Source: an uncultured Acidobacteriota bacterium (GTDB lineage: Bacteria; Acidobacteriota; Thermoanaerobaculia; Thermoanaerobaculales; Sulfomarinibacteraceae). From it: a stretch of 64,000 bases of DNA. The notes under the pieces were generated by a model that saw only the letters and a program-made list of their open reading frames with translations, did no database searches and was not told the origin of the DNA. Of the stretch, positions 1 through 8,582 are shown piece by piece; the first letter of the stretch is position 1, and each line of letters starts with the position of its first letter. The position numbers and the translations under genes were made by a program. The stretch lies in NCBI GenBank assembly GCA_963714745.1, contig CAVQPK010000007.1, forward strand, positions 135,959 through 199,958. Reading direction: 5' to 3'.

Positions 1-361
1 CCAGGGCGGCGCCGGGCTTCGGCTTCTCCGGCTTCGAGCCGGGTGCCGCCGGCGCGTCGCGCTCGGCGAAGGGCGCCTCGACCGCCGTGGCGATCCACCG
101 GCCGTCGGCGGAGAAGACCGGTCGGGCGCCGCGCTCCACGCGGTGCTCGGCGCTGCCGTCCACGGCTCGCAGCACCACCTCGCCGTCGCCCCGCCCGGGC
201 CGGAGCTCGGCCGCCACCCACCGTCCGCCGCGGGAGATCACCGGATCGTGGATCGTCCGCATCCGGTACAGGTCGGCGGGCTCGAGCGCGCGGTCTCCGG
301 CCGTGGACAGAGCCGGAGCGAGCAGGCAGGGCAACAGGACCAGGAATCTCCAACGGCGCAT
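1..361 (-). CDS. secreted protein, N-terminal part (gene runs off the window start); possibly beta-propeller / S9-peptidase-like
   Basis: Reverse-strand ATG at 361-359, then the signal-peptide-like MRRWRFLVLLPCLLAPALSTAG and an open high-GC3 frame to position 1. It is absent from the ORF track because it has no stop inside the window. The family assignment is only an impression. Confidence 0.45.
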   Translation of the reverse strand, partial: MRRWRFLVLLPCLLAPALSTAGDRALEPADLYRMRTIHDPVISRGGRWVAAELRPGRGDGEVVLRAVDGSAEHRVERGARPVFSADGRWIATAVEAPFAERDAPAAPGSKPEKPKPGAAL

Positions 362-490
362 GGCATCCTCCCCGAGCGTTCAGGGTAGCGCAGAGCGATG
401 GGAGAGGGACGCCGCGACTTGAACCGGCCCGCGCTCCGGCGCCGTGCCCGCCGCAACGGTGTCGCACCCCGCGCGGCACGGGAAGCAGGC

Positions 491-910
491 TCAGCGCGGT
501 GGGATCACCAGCGCCTCGCCGACCAGGACCTCGTCACCGTCCTGGTTCAGACAGCGGGTGTCGAGGCGCACGCGCCCTTTTTCGGTGAGAACCTCGAGCA
601 CCTCGAGCCGGACCTCGATCTCGTCGCCGATCCGCACCGGGCGCAGGAAGCGCAGGGTCTGCGAGAGGTAGATCGTCCCCAGCCCGGGGAACTCGGTGCC
701 GAGCACCGCCGACAGCAGGCCTGCGGTCAGCATGCCATGGGCGATCCGGCCCCCGAACGGCGTGCTCCGGGCATAGTCGTCGTCGAGGTGGATCGGGTTG
801 GTGTCGCCGGACGCCGCGGCGAACTGCCGGACCCGTTCGTCGGTCACGGCGAACCGGTTGGAGTGGGTCTGACCCTTCTCGAGGACCTCGAGGGTGTACG
901 CTGTGGCCAT
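491..910 (-). CDS. MaoC-like (R)-specific enoyl-CoA hydratase / dehydratase
   Basis: The C-terminal 139 aa of ORF 491..1837(-), starting at MATAYTLEV (ATG 910-908). Hot-dog fold signature ...FAAASGDTNPIHLDDDYARSTPFGGRIAHGML...; the upstream part of the ORF is Arg/Gly-rich shadow sequence. Confidence 0.85.
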   Translation of the reverse strand: MATAYTLEVLEKGQTHSNRFAVTDERVRQFAAASGDTNPIHLDDDYARSTPFGGRIAHGMLTAGLLSAVLGTEFPGLGTIYLSQTLRFLRPVRIGDEIEVRLEVLEVLTEKGRVRLDTRCLNQDGDEVLVGEALVIPPR

Positions 911-1027
911 CGGGTCACCTCCGGTCGGCGAGTGTAGATCGGCCGGTTCAAACCGCTGCCGCCGCGCGAGCATCTCAGGGGTCGGACGCAGAGACCTCGG
1001 CCCCGAGGGGCCGGCGAAGGGGGAACG

Positions 1028-1807
1028 ATGATGACCAAGGCGAAGCGGCTCCTGACCTGCATGGCGGTCGCGCTGCTCGCGGCCGGGCTCGCAGCGGCGG
1101 CCGACCGCACCGAGACCTTCGACCAGACCTATCCGCTGGCAGCGGACGGTCGGGTCAGTCTCGAGAACATCAACGGAAACGTCACGGTGCGGGTCTGGGA
1201 CCGTGCCGAGGTCCGGGTCGAGGCGGTCAAGGAGGCGGAGTCCGCCGAGGCGCTCGAGCGGCTCGTGATCGATGTCGACTCCTCCGCCAGGAGCCTGTCG
1301 ATCGAGACCCAGTACCCGAGCTCGGACGGGTGGGGCGGGTTCTGGAAGCGCGGCACCGGCCACACCCAGGTGACCTACACGCTCACGGTTCCCCGGACCG
1401 CGGGTCTGCACGGCATCGACCTGGTCAACGGGGATCTCGAGGTGACCGGCGTCGCCGGTGGAGTCCGGGCCGAAACCGTGAACGGGACGATCTCGGTGCG
1501 CGAGGTGCGCGGCGAGGTCGAGCTGTCGACCGTCAACGGCTCGCTCGATGTCGCGTACGACCAGCTCGCCGCCTCGGACCGGGTCGACCTCGAGTCGGTC
1601 AACGGGACCATCGAGCTCAAGCTGCCGATGGGCGCCGGCGCCCATGTCGAGGCGGAAACGGTCAACGGTCGAATCCGCAACGACTTCGGAATCGACGTCA
1701 AGAAGGGGCGCTGGGTCGGCTCGTCGATGCGCGGCACCCTCGGCGGCGGCGGGGCCCTGGTGACCATGGAGACCGTCAACGGCGCCATCTCCCTGACCTC
1801 GAAGTAG
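1028..1807 (+). CDS. secreted DUF4097-like beta-strand-repeat protein (putative adhesin fold)
   Basis: ORF 1028..1807 has a signal peptide (MMTKAKRLLTCMAVALLAAGLAAAA). It repeats V-N-G-x-I/L motifs (ENINGNVTV, TVNGTISV, TVNGSLDV, SVNGTIEL, TVNGRIRN, TVNGAISL). AAGGGGGA lies upstream of the ATG. Confidence 0.75.
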   Translation: MMTKAKRLLTCMAVALLAAGLAAAADRTETFDQTYPLAADGRVSLENINGNVTVRVWDRAEVRVEAVKEAESAEALERLVIDVDSSARSLSIETQYPSSDGWGGFWKRGTGHTQVTYTLTVPRTAGLHGIDLVNGDLEVTGVAGGVRAETVNGTISVREVRGEVELSTVNGSLDVAYDQLAASDRVDLESVNGTIELKLPMGAGAHVEAETVNGRIRNDFGIDVKKGRWVGSSMRGTLGGGGALVTMETVNGAISLTSK

Positions 1808-1855
1808 CCCGCACTTCGGAACCTCCGCGGGGGCCACCCCGCGTGAGCCACGTCC

Positions 1856-1890
1856 GCGGCCCCGGGGTCCACTCCGGGGCCGCGCCTTTT
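1856..1890. terminator. GC-rich hairpin with T tract between convergent genes
   Basis: GCGGCCCCGG (1856-1865), 8-nt loop, CCGGGGCCGC (1874-1883), a perfect 10-bp stem, followed by GCCTTTT. It sits between the stops of 1028..1807(+) and 1890..2330(-). Confidence 0.55.
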
Positions 1891-2330
1891 CACTCCGGGA
1901 TGTCGGCGGCGGTGGCGTGCACCGTCCGCCAGCGGCGGATCTGGACCTTGCCCGGCGGCAGACCGCGGGGCTTGCTGACGTCGGCGCAGGTGGTCACGTG
2001 CACTGCGACCCGGCCGCCCTTCCGGCCGCGGGAGAAGCGGACCGCCAGCGAGGCGGCGAACGCCTCGGTCGGTTTCGGCAGGCGAGCGAGCCCGTCCGGG
2101 TTGCGCACCACTACGTGGGAACCCGACTCGCCCGCGACGTGGAGCCAGAAGTCCCGCGGGCTGGAGAGCTTCAAGCTCAGGACGTCGTTGTCCGATGCGG
2201 TCCGCCCGACCAGCACGACCATGCCGTCGGGCGACTCGAAGCGGCGCGCGATCGAGCTGCCCTGCCACAGCCCGGCGTCGGGGTCGGTGGGTCCGGGGAG
2301 GGGCCTGCGGTCGGCGGGGGAGCGCGCCAT
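1890..2330 (-). CDS. NFACT-R / DUF814 domain protein (Rqc2/FbpA C-terminal-like RNA-binding domain)
   Basis: Part of ORF 1890..2453(-), from MARSPADRR (ATG 2330-2328). Contains ...VLVGRTASDNDVLSLKLSSPRDFWLHVAGESGSHVVVRNP...RGRKGGRVAVHVTTCADVSKPRGLPPGKV..., typical of DUF814. Confidence 0.75.
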   Translation of the reverse strand: MARSPADRRPLPGPTDPDAGLWQGSSIARRFESPDGMVVLVGRTASDNDVLSLKLSSPRDFWLHVAGESGSHVVVRNPDGLARLPKPTEAFAASLAVRFSRGRKGGRVAVHVTTCADVSKPRGLPPGKVQIRRWRTVHATAADIPE

Positions 2331-2344
2331 CCGGTCGAGCCCGG

Positions 2345-2626
2345 CTACCGGGGGTCCGCGCCCTCGATCCGGCTGCCCGCCCCGAGCCGGTGACAGCGCG
2401 GCCCGACGGTCGCCTCGAGCTCCGTGGTTGCCGGGGCTCCGGTGCAGCGGCAAGGCGCCCGGCGGGGGCGCACGCCGAGCCCGGCCGACGTGCCGGCGAC
2501 CGGTTCCGGCTCGCCCCGGAGCCGCACTCCGTCGAGGCGGGCGGGGCGCCCGGTTGTGTCCGCCGCCGGAGCCGGTGGCGCCGACGCGAGGCAGCCCTCA
2601 GCGGCCACGATCCGAGCTGACGTCAT
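2345..2626 (-). CDS. small hypothetical protein (93 aa); faint resemblance to small 2Fe-2S (Fer2_4-type) subunits
   Basis: Reverse ATG 2626-2624 is preceded by GGAGG. GC3 is about 87 %. The stop lies 14 nt before the DUF814 start. Sequence ...LDGVRLRGEPEPVAGTSAGLGV...RRAPCRCTG...RCHRLGAGSRIEG; only 3 Cys, so cofactor binding is doubtful. Confidence 0.3.
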   Translation of the reverse strand: MTSARIVAAEGCLASAPPAPAADTTGRPARLDGVRLRGEPEPVAGTSAGLGVRPRRAPCRCTGAPATTELEATVGPRCHRLGAGSRIEGADPR

Positions 2627-2767
2627 CGCACAACCTCCGCCGGCTCGCCGCCCGCGGCGGCACGCCGGATCTGTGTCCAATCTACGTCGTTCGCCCACCC
2701 GCGGCCAACCGTGACGGAAACCTGTCGGCCGGGCTGTAACCGGAACGGCCCTCGCGTGTCGTAGGGT

Positions 2768-3331
2768 GTGAGCGACATGACGAGCGAAGGCGGATCCACG
2801 ATGCAGGCAGCGGCGGTCGCGACGGAGTTCTGGCACCAGGCCTACCGACAGCACGGGTCGGCGGTGCTGGCCTTCCTGCGCAGCCGGGTCGGATCGCGGG
2901 ACGACGCCGAGGAGCTCTTCCAGGAGACCTTTGTCCGGGTCCTGCGCCGCGCTGCGGTGCTCGACGACCAACGGTCGGCCCGGGCCTATCTCTTCACCAC
3001 CGCCCACAACCTCGCCCGCAACCACGCCCGCCGCCGGCGGATCTCGCCCTTCGTCGAGGGGTTGGACGTCGAGGCGGAGGCCGGGCACGGAGCCGACGTG
3101 CGGGCGCGCCTGCGTTCCCTGGTCGAGCAGCTCGAGCGGGTGCTCGCAGAGCTGCCCGAGGCGCACCGCACGGCCTTCCGCCTGGGCGTGCTCGACAAGC
3201 TGCCCTACCAGGAGATCGCCAATCGCACCGGGTGGACGATCGCCACGGTGAAGATCAACGTCTACCGCGCTCGCCGGCGGGTCGTCGAGGCCCTCGGCGG
3301 GATCGCGCCGAATCGGGAGTCCACGCCATGA
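2768..3331 (+). CDS. ECF-type RNA polymerase sigma-70 family factor
   Basis: ORF 2768..3331. Region 2 (...DDAEELFQETFVRVLR...YLFTTAHNLARNHARRR) and region 4 (LPEAHRTAFRLGVLDKLPYQEIANRTGWTIATVKINVYRARRRV). The start is uncertain (GTG 2768 or ATG 2777/2801). Confidence 0.9.
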   Translation: MSDMTSEGGSTMQAAAVATEFWHQAYRQHGSAVLAFLRSRVGSRDDAEELFQETFVRVLRRAAVLDDQRSARAYLFTTAHNLARNHARRRRISPFVEGLDVEAEAGHGADVRARLRSLVEQLERVLAELPEAHRTAFRLGVLDKLPYQEIANRTGWTIATVKINVYRARRRVVEALGGIAPNRESTP

Positions 3332-3969
3332 ACACTGAGTGCGAGCTGTACGCTGTCGAGCTGTCGGCGCTGATCGACCACGGTCTCGAGCCCTCCGAGG
3401 TCCCGCCGGTCATCGACCACCTCGTCGAGTGTCCGGAGTGCCGCGCCTTCTGGATGGCGGCCCGTGGGCTCGACGGCGCCCTCGTCGATCTCCGCGGCGC
3501 GGGCGACGTGGACCTCCCCCCCGGCATGTGGCAGCAGATTCGGGAGGCGGCGGGCGCCGGGCCAGCGGACGACGTCGACGGCTCCGCGACGACGGTCGCC
3601 ACCCTGCACCGCCGGCGGCTCCCGGCGTGGACGCTGCGGCTGGCGGCGGCGTTGGCGGCGGCCGTGGCCCTGGTCGCCCTGCTGGGGCCGCGGTTGGCGC
3701 CCGAGCGTGCCCGGTCCTCGGCGATGGAGATCCAGAGGATCGGCGGCGACGCTCCGATGGAGCAGGAGCAGCTGCTGGCGGTCGCGGCTGGACTGCTCAG
3801 GGCCGATCCGCGGGACCGCGCGGCTCTGGTGGACATCCTCGAGGCGGTGGACAGCCGGCAGCGGAGACGTGAGGGCTCGGTGGACCGGGTCCGGCCCGAC
3901 GAGATCATGACCGATCTGGCCCTGAGGGAAGACGGCGACGCCGGCAGCCCGCAGTACGCGACCTACTGA
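3328..3969 (+). CDS. anti-sigma factor, zf-HC2 type, single-pass membrane protein
   Basis: ATG 3328 overlaps the sigma stop (ATGA). N-terminal H-x3-C-x2-C motif (IDHLVECPECRAF). TM helix LRLAAALAAAVALVALLG. Position directly after the ECF sigma gene. Confidence 0.8.
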   Translation: MNTECELYAVELSALIDHGLEPSEVPPVIDHLVECPECRAFWMAARGLDGALVDLRGAGDVDLPPGMWQQIREAAGAGPADDVDGSATTVATLHRRRLPAWTLRLAAALAAAVALVALLGPRLAPERARSSAMEIQRIGGDAPMEQEQLLAVAAGLLRADPRDRAALVDILEAVDSRQRRREGSVDRVRPDEIMTDLALREDGDAGSPQYATY

Positions 3970-3993
3970 CAGAAGAACAGCAACGACAGGGGG

Positions 3994-5256
3994 ATGACGA
4001 CCATGCGAAGGACGACACTCGTGCTGATCGCGAGCCTGCTCGGGGGGCTCGGATGGACCGCGGCGGCGACGGCGGCCGGGCCCGCCGACGGCCACATCTA
4101 CGGGACGGTGACCACCCGGTCGGACAACACCTACACCGGGGTCATCCGGTGGGGCCGCGAGGAGGCATTCTGGGACGACCTCTTCCACTCCTCAAAGGAC
4201 GACCTGCCGTGGATCGAGCACGCCGAGACCCGCGACCGGTCGCGGGACGACCGCGACCGGTCCCGGGGCTGGGAGTGGCTGAGGATCTTCGGCCGCAGCA
4301 TGCGGGTGAGCTGGGGCGAGCCGTCGCGGATCTTCATCGCCCGCTTCGGGGACATCGCGTCGATCCGGGTGACCGGGTCGGACTCCGCCGAGCTGACCAT
4401 GAAGAGCGGCACGAAGATCGACGTGTCCGGCTATGCCAACGACGTCGGCACCACGATCCGGGTGACGGACAGTGCGCTCGGCGACGTCGAGCTGGAGTGG
4501 AAACGAGTCGACACCATCACCTTCGCGTCCGCGCCGGCGGCGCTCGAGCCGCCCGCGACCCGGCTCGCCGGGACCGTGAAGACCCGGTCGGGTGAGCTCG
4601 ACGGCTTCATCCAGTGGGACTCCGAGGAGTGCCTGAGCATCGACAAGCTCGACGGCGACTCCGTCGACGGGCGGGTGTCGCTGGCGATGGGCGCCCTGCG
4701 GTCGATCGAGCGGCGCTCCTCGCGAAGCTCCAGGGTGACGCTCACCGACGGACGCGAGCTGGTGCTCGACGGAACCAACGACGTCAACGACGACAACCGG
4801 GGCATCTCGGTCGAGGACCCCCGATTCGGCCGGGTCAAGGTGCCGTGGGACGAGTTCGAGCGGCTCGATCTGGTGGAGGGAAGGGGCAGCGGTCGCGGCT
4901 ACGCGAGCTTTGCTCCGGGACGGGCGCTGACGGGCCGGGTCACCACCCGCGACGGGGAGGTCCACGCGGGCCGGATCGTCTACGATCTCGACGAAGAGGA
5001 GTCGTGGGAGATGCTCAACGGCTCCCGCTTCGACGTCGAGTACGCGATTCCCTTCGAGCGCGTGCGTGCGATCGAGCCGGTCGGCTCGTCGTCGGCCCAG
5101 GTCACGCTCACCAACGGCGAGACGATCCGGCTCGAGGACGGTCAGGACGTGTCCGACGACAACGACGGGCTGCTGGTGCTCCAGCTCGAAAAGACCACCG
5201 GAAAGCCGGTCTACGTCCCGTGGCGGGAGCTGCGCAGGGTCGAGTTCGACTGGTGA
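3994..5256 (+). CDS. secreted protein of unknown function built from three ~130-aa internal repeats
   Basis: ORF 3994..5256 with a signal peptide (MTTMRRTTLVLIASLLGGLGWTAAATAAG). Three units each open with G-x-V-x-T-R-x-G...G-x-I (GHIYGTVTTRSDNTYTGVIRW / TRLAGTVKTRSGELDGFIQW / RALTGRVTTRDGEVHAGRIVY). Each closes with ...V-x-W-x-x-h-x-x-h-x-F. Confidence 0.7.
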   Translation: MTTMRRTTLVLIASLLGGLGWTAAATAAGPADGHIYGTVTTRSDNTYTGVIRWGREEAFWDDLFHSSKDDLPWIEHAETRDRSRDDRDRSRGWEWLRIFGRSMRVSWGEPSRIFIARFGDIASIRVTGSDSAELTMKSGTKIDVSGYANDVGTTIRVTDSALGDVELEWKRVDTITFASAPAALEPPATRLAGTVKTRSGELDGFIQWDSEECLSIDKLDGDSVDGRVSLAMGALRSIERRSSRSSRVTLTDGRELVLDGTNDVNDDNRGISVEDPRFGRVKVPWDEFERLDLVEGRGSGRGYASFAPGRALTGRVTTRDGEVHAGRIVYDLDEEESWEMLNGSRFDVEYAIPFERVRAIEPVGSSSAQVTLTNGETIRLEDGQDVSDDNDGLLVLQLEKTTGKPVYVPWRELRRVEFDW

Positions 5257-5362
5257 ACGACCCGAACCGGCGCCGCCGGGCCGCCGGGCTGGAAGGGAGC
5301 CGCGGGACTTCGTGTTGCCCTCCGGTGTCCGCCGGGCGCGGGCACTGAAGGGAGAACGTGCG

Positions 5363-5839
5363 ATGGTCGAGACGATCGAGACGGGCCGGCCGGCGCCGGC
5401 CTTCACCCTGCCCGACCAGGACGGGAACGAGGTGTCGTCGGCGAGCCTGGCCGGCTCCTGGGTGGTGCTGTACTTCTACCCGAGGGACGATACGCCCGGC
5501 TGTACCACCGAGGCCTGCGAGTTCACCGAGTCGATCGCCGACTTCGCCGGGCTCGACGCGGTGGTGCTCGGCTGCAGCCCGGACACACCGGAGAAGCACC
5601 GGAAGTTCATCGCCAAGCACGGGCTCGGGGTCCGGCTGCTGAGCGACCCGGAGCACCGGGTGATGGAGCGCTATGGGGCGTGGGGTGAGAAAACGATGTA
5701 CGGGCGCACCACCCAGGGTGTGATCCGGTCGACCGTGCTGATCGACCCCAAGGGCCGGGTAGCGCACCACTGGCCCCGGGTGAAGGCGGCCGGGCACGCC
5801 GCCAAGGTCAGAGAGCGACTCGCCGAGCTTCGGGGCTGA
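5363..5839 (+). CDS. bcp: thioredoxin-dependent thiol peroxidase (peroxiredoxin Bcp)
   Basis: Inside ORF 5066..5839, from MVETIETGRPAPAF (ATG 5363, GAAGGGAG upstream). Contains ...WVVLYFYPRDDTPGCTTEACEF... with the peroxidatic PxxxTxxC motif. Confidence 0.9.
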   Translation: MVETIETGRPAPAFTLPDQDGNEVSSASLAGSWVVLYFYPRDDTPGCTTEACEFTESIADFAGLDAVVLGCSPDTPEKHRKFIAKHGLGVRLLSDPEHRVMERYGAWGEKTMYGRTTQGVIRSTVLIDPKGRVAHHWPRVKAAGHAAKVRERLAELRG

Positions 5840-5920
5840 GACACGTCGCAACACCGGCGGCCGCGGGCCGTACCTCCGGCACCGGCGCCACGCGAGGGTG
5901 CCAACCGGAGGCTTCCGCAG

Positions 5921-6919
5921 ATGCGCCCATCGGTTCCTCTCACGGTCATCGCCCTGACTGCCGCCTGCGCGGTGAACCCGAACCCCGCTCCGCAGGGACC
6001 GACCGGACCGTATTTGGGGCAGGTTCCACCGGGGCCGACCGCGCGCCTGTTCGCGCCCGGTCTCGTGTCCACGGGAGCGTTCGAGCGCGACGCCGCCTTC
6101 ACGCCCGACGGCCGCGAGCTCTACTTCACCGTGGTGCTCGGCGAGCGATTCGTGATCGTGGTCATGGCCCAGGACGAGAGCGGCCGCTGGTCCGGCCCCG
6201 AGGTGGCGCCCTTTTCGGGCCGCTCCAAGGACCTCGAGCCGGTCGTCAGCCCCGACGGGTCGCGCCTTCTGTTCGTCTCCGACCGGCCCGGCCCGGGGCG
6301 GGGCGAGGGGCGTGACGACTTCGACATCTGGACGATGGAGCGGAACGGCGGCGGATGGGGGCCGCCTGCTCCGCTCGGCCCCGAGGTCAATACCGAGCGC
6401 AATGAGTTCTACCCCTCGGTCACCCGCGACGGCACGCTCTACTTCACCCGCAACGAGGGTGAGGTCGAGGGCATCTTCCGTGCGCGGCGGTCCGGAGACG
6501 GCGAGCCTGCGGTGGAGCGGTTGCCGGAGGCGGTCAACGGGACCGCGGCGCAGTTCAACGCCTTCATCGCAGCCGACGAGAGCTACCTGATCTTCGGCTC
6601 GATCCCGCGCGGAGAGGTCAGCTTCGGCCGCGCCGACTACTACGTCTGCTTCCGGCGTCCGGACGACACCTGGACCGAGGCGGTCAACCTGGGTCCCGAG
6701 GTCAACAGCGCAGGCAACGAGTACTGCCCCTCGGTGACGCCGGACGGCCGCTACTTCGTCTTCAACAGCACCCGCGCGATCGCGCCGGAACCCGGCCCCG
6801 ACGGCCGCCTCGACTACGCCGCCCTCGCCGCCGCCGCCACCGGCCCGGGTAACGGCCAGTCCGACGTCTACTGGATCGACGCCGGCTTCCTCGACACCCT
6901 CCGCCCGGCAATGGACTGA
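5921..6919 (+). CDS. lipoprotein with WD40-like (PD40 / TolB-type) beta-propeller repeats
   Basis: ORF 5921..6919. Lipobox-like LTAAC. Repeated ...E-x-x-P-x-V/F-S/T-P/R-D-G-x-x-L/Y-x-F... units (FTPDGRELYF, VSPDGSRLLF, VTRDGTLYF, VTPDGRYFVF). Confidence 0.8.
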   Translation: MRPSVPLTVIALTAACAVNPNPAPQGPTGPYLGQVPPGPTARLFAPGLVSTGAFERDAAFTPDGRELYFTVVLGERFVIVVMAQDESGRWSGPEVAPFSGRSKDLEPVVSPDGSRLLFVSDRPGPGRGEGRDDFDIWTMERNGGGWGPPAPLGPEVNTERNEFYPSVTRDGTLYFTRNEGEVEGIFRARRSGDGEPAVERLPEAVNGTAAQFNAFIAADESYLIFGSIPRGEVSFGRADYYVCFRRPDDTWTEAVNLGPEVNSAGNEYCPSVTPDGRYFVFNSTRAIAPEPGPDGRLDYAALAAAATGPGNGQSDVYWIDAGFLDTLRPAMD

Positions 6920-7076
6920 CCACCACCACGACACCAAGGCACCGAAAGGCCCGCGGCGGATCCTGACCTCGGGCTGGTCTCCGAAGGGGTCCGGTCGCCG
7001 ACTCGGAGAGCCCAGCTCGAGCGAGAGTGGAGCGAGCCGTCCCGCAGCGGGGAGCGCGGTCCCGCGCATCAGGATG

Positions 7077-7120
7077 GAAGGGCGAGAGCCCCGTCGCTCG
7101 CCCTTCTCCTCTCTTCTTCA
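7077..7120 (+). terminator. possible rho-independent terminator
   Basis: GAAGGGCGAG (7077-7086), 10-nt loop, CTCGCCCTTC (7097-7106), then the T/C-rich TCCTCTCTTCTTC. It lies about 160 nt after the stop of 5921..6919. Confidence 0.4.
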
Positions 7121-7172
7121 GGCGACCGGCTGCTGCCGGCAGTTGCCGTGGTCGCACCGGAGACGGCCCTCG

Positions 7173-8519
7173 TCACGATGGCTTGGTGTCGTGGTGCCTT
7201 GGTGGTGAGTCCGGCTGACCGCCGCCGCGCTGGAGATCGTGGCGGAGCTCGGCATCCCTTGCGGCGCGTCGGCCTTCGGCCTCGTCGACCCGGGCGAGGA
7301 GCAGACCGCCGACGACGAAGAAGACCACCAGCGAGAGGATCGCCATCCGGCCGCTGCCGACCAGGTCGGAGACGACCGCGAAGGTGAGCGGTCCGAAGAT
7401 CCCGGCGAACTTTCCCGAGGCGGAGAAGAAGCCGAAGAACTCGGCGGTCTTGTGGCGCGGCACCATCGACGCGAACAGCGAACGGCTGAGCGCCTGGGCG
7501 CCGCCCTGGACCGTGCCGACCAGACCCGCGAGCAGGTAGAACTGCCAGGCCGAGTGGACGAAGAAGCCGGCGAGCGAGATCATGGCGTACACGGCCAGCG
7601 ACAGGAGCACCGCCCGACGGGCGCCGATCCGCTCGCCGAGCCTGCCGAAGGCGAGCGCGCTCGGAAAGCCGACGAACTGGGTCAGCACCAGGGCGCCGAC
7701 CAGGTGGGGAAGCCCGATGCCGATCTCGGATCCGAACGCCGTCGCCATCTTCATCACCGTGGAGATGCCGTCGTTGTAGATCCAGAACGCGAGCAGGAAG
7801 AGCAGCAGCTGGCGATACGAGCGCAGCTCGCGGAAGGTCCGGGCAAGCCGGGCGACGCCGGCGGCGACCGGAGCGTAGCCGGCCAGAGGGTCAGCCGGGG
7901 GCTCGGCCACGCGACGGAAGAGGGGGATCGAGAACACCGCCCACCAGACTGCGACGCTCGCGAACGAGGCCCGGACCGCGACCCCCGCGTCCGCCATTCC
8001 GAACAGGTCCGGCCGGATCACCCAGGCCGCGTTGACCACCAGCAGCAGTCCGCCGCCGAGGTAGCCGAGGGCGTAACCTCGGGCCGAGATCCGGTCGAGC
8101 TCCGGTCCCGAGCCGAGGCTCGGCAGCAGCGCCTCGTAGAACACGTTGCCGCCCGAGAAGCCGATCTGGGCGAGCCCGAAGAGCGCCGCCGCCAGCAGCC
8201 AGGTGTCGTCTCCGTTGACGACCGTGGTTGCGGTGGCCGCGACGCCGAGCACCACGAACCCGGCCAGGAATCCCTTGCGGCGCCCGAGGTGGTCGGCGAC
8301 CGCCCCGAGCAGAGGCGAGGCGAGCGCGATCACCGCCAGAGCGATGGCCACCGTGTAACCCCAGGCGGCGGTCGCGCGGCTCGGCGACATCCCGGCCGCC
8401 TCCGCGAGCGCCCTGAAGAACGGCGGGTACATCGCCGCCATCACCGTGGTCGCGAACGCGGAGTTGGCCCAGTCGTACAGGCACCACGCGCGGATCGCCC
8501 GGGAGTCGCCCATCACCAC
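7173..8519 (-). CDS. MFS transporter, UMF1/Atg22-like family
   Basis: ORF 7173..8519(-). N-terminus ...RAWCLYDWANSAFATTVMAAMYPPFF... and about 12 hydrophobic segments. Confidence 0.85.
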   Translation of the reverse strand: MVMGDSRAIRAWCLYDWANSAFATTVMAAMYPPFFRALAEAAGMSPSRATAAWGYTVAIALAVIALASPLLGAVADHLGRRKGFLAGFVVLGVAATATTVVNGDDTWLLAAALFGLAQIGFSGGNVFYEALLPSLGSGPELDRISARGYALGYLGGGLLLVVNAAWVIRPDLFGMADAGVAVRASFASVAVWWAVFSIPLFRRVAEPPADPLAGYAPVAAGVARLARTFRELRSYRQLLLFLLAFWIYNDGISTVMKMATAFGSEIGIGLPHLVGALVLTQFVGFPSALAFGRLGERIGARRAVLLSLAVYAMISLAGFFVHSAWQFYLLAGLVGTVQGGAQALSRSLFASMVPRHKTAEFFGFFSASGKFAGIFGPLTFAVVSDLVGSGRMAILSLVVFFVVGGLLLARVDEAEGRRAARDAELRHDLQRGGGQPDSPPRHHDTKPS

Positions 8520-8582
8520 CTCAGGATGCCATGGGACTCCGAGTTCGGTGAGCCTTGGTCGAGGCTCAGCAGTCTCGGGGTC

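Noticed and set aside
5108-7069. 653-aa ORF on the minus strand. Similar long antisense or alternate-frame ORFs include 7239..9593(+), 9690..11528(+), 29954..32563(+), 37744..40464(+), 47261..49027(-) and 49968..51575(-).
   Set aside because: They are shadow ORFs typical of 70 % GC DNA. They are Arg/Gly/Pro/Ala-rich low-complexity translations with no recognisable motifs. Each overlaps a gene on the other strand or frame that has clear family signatures.
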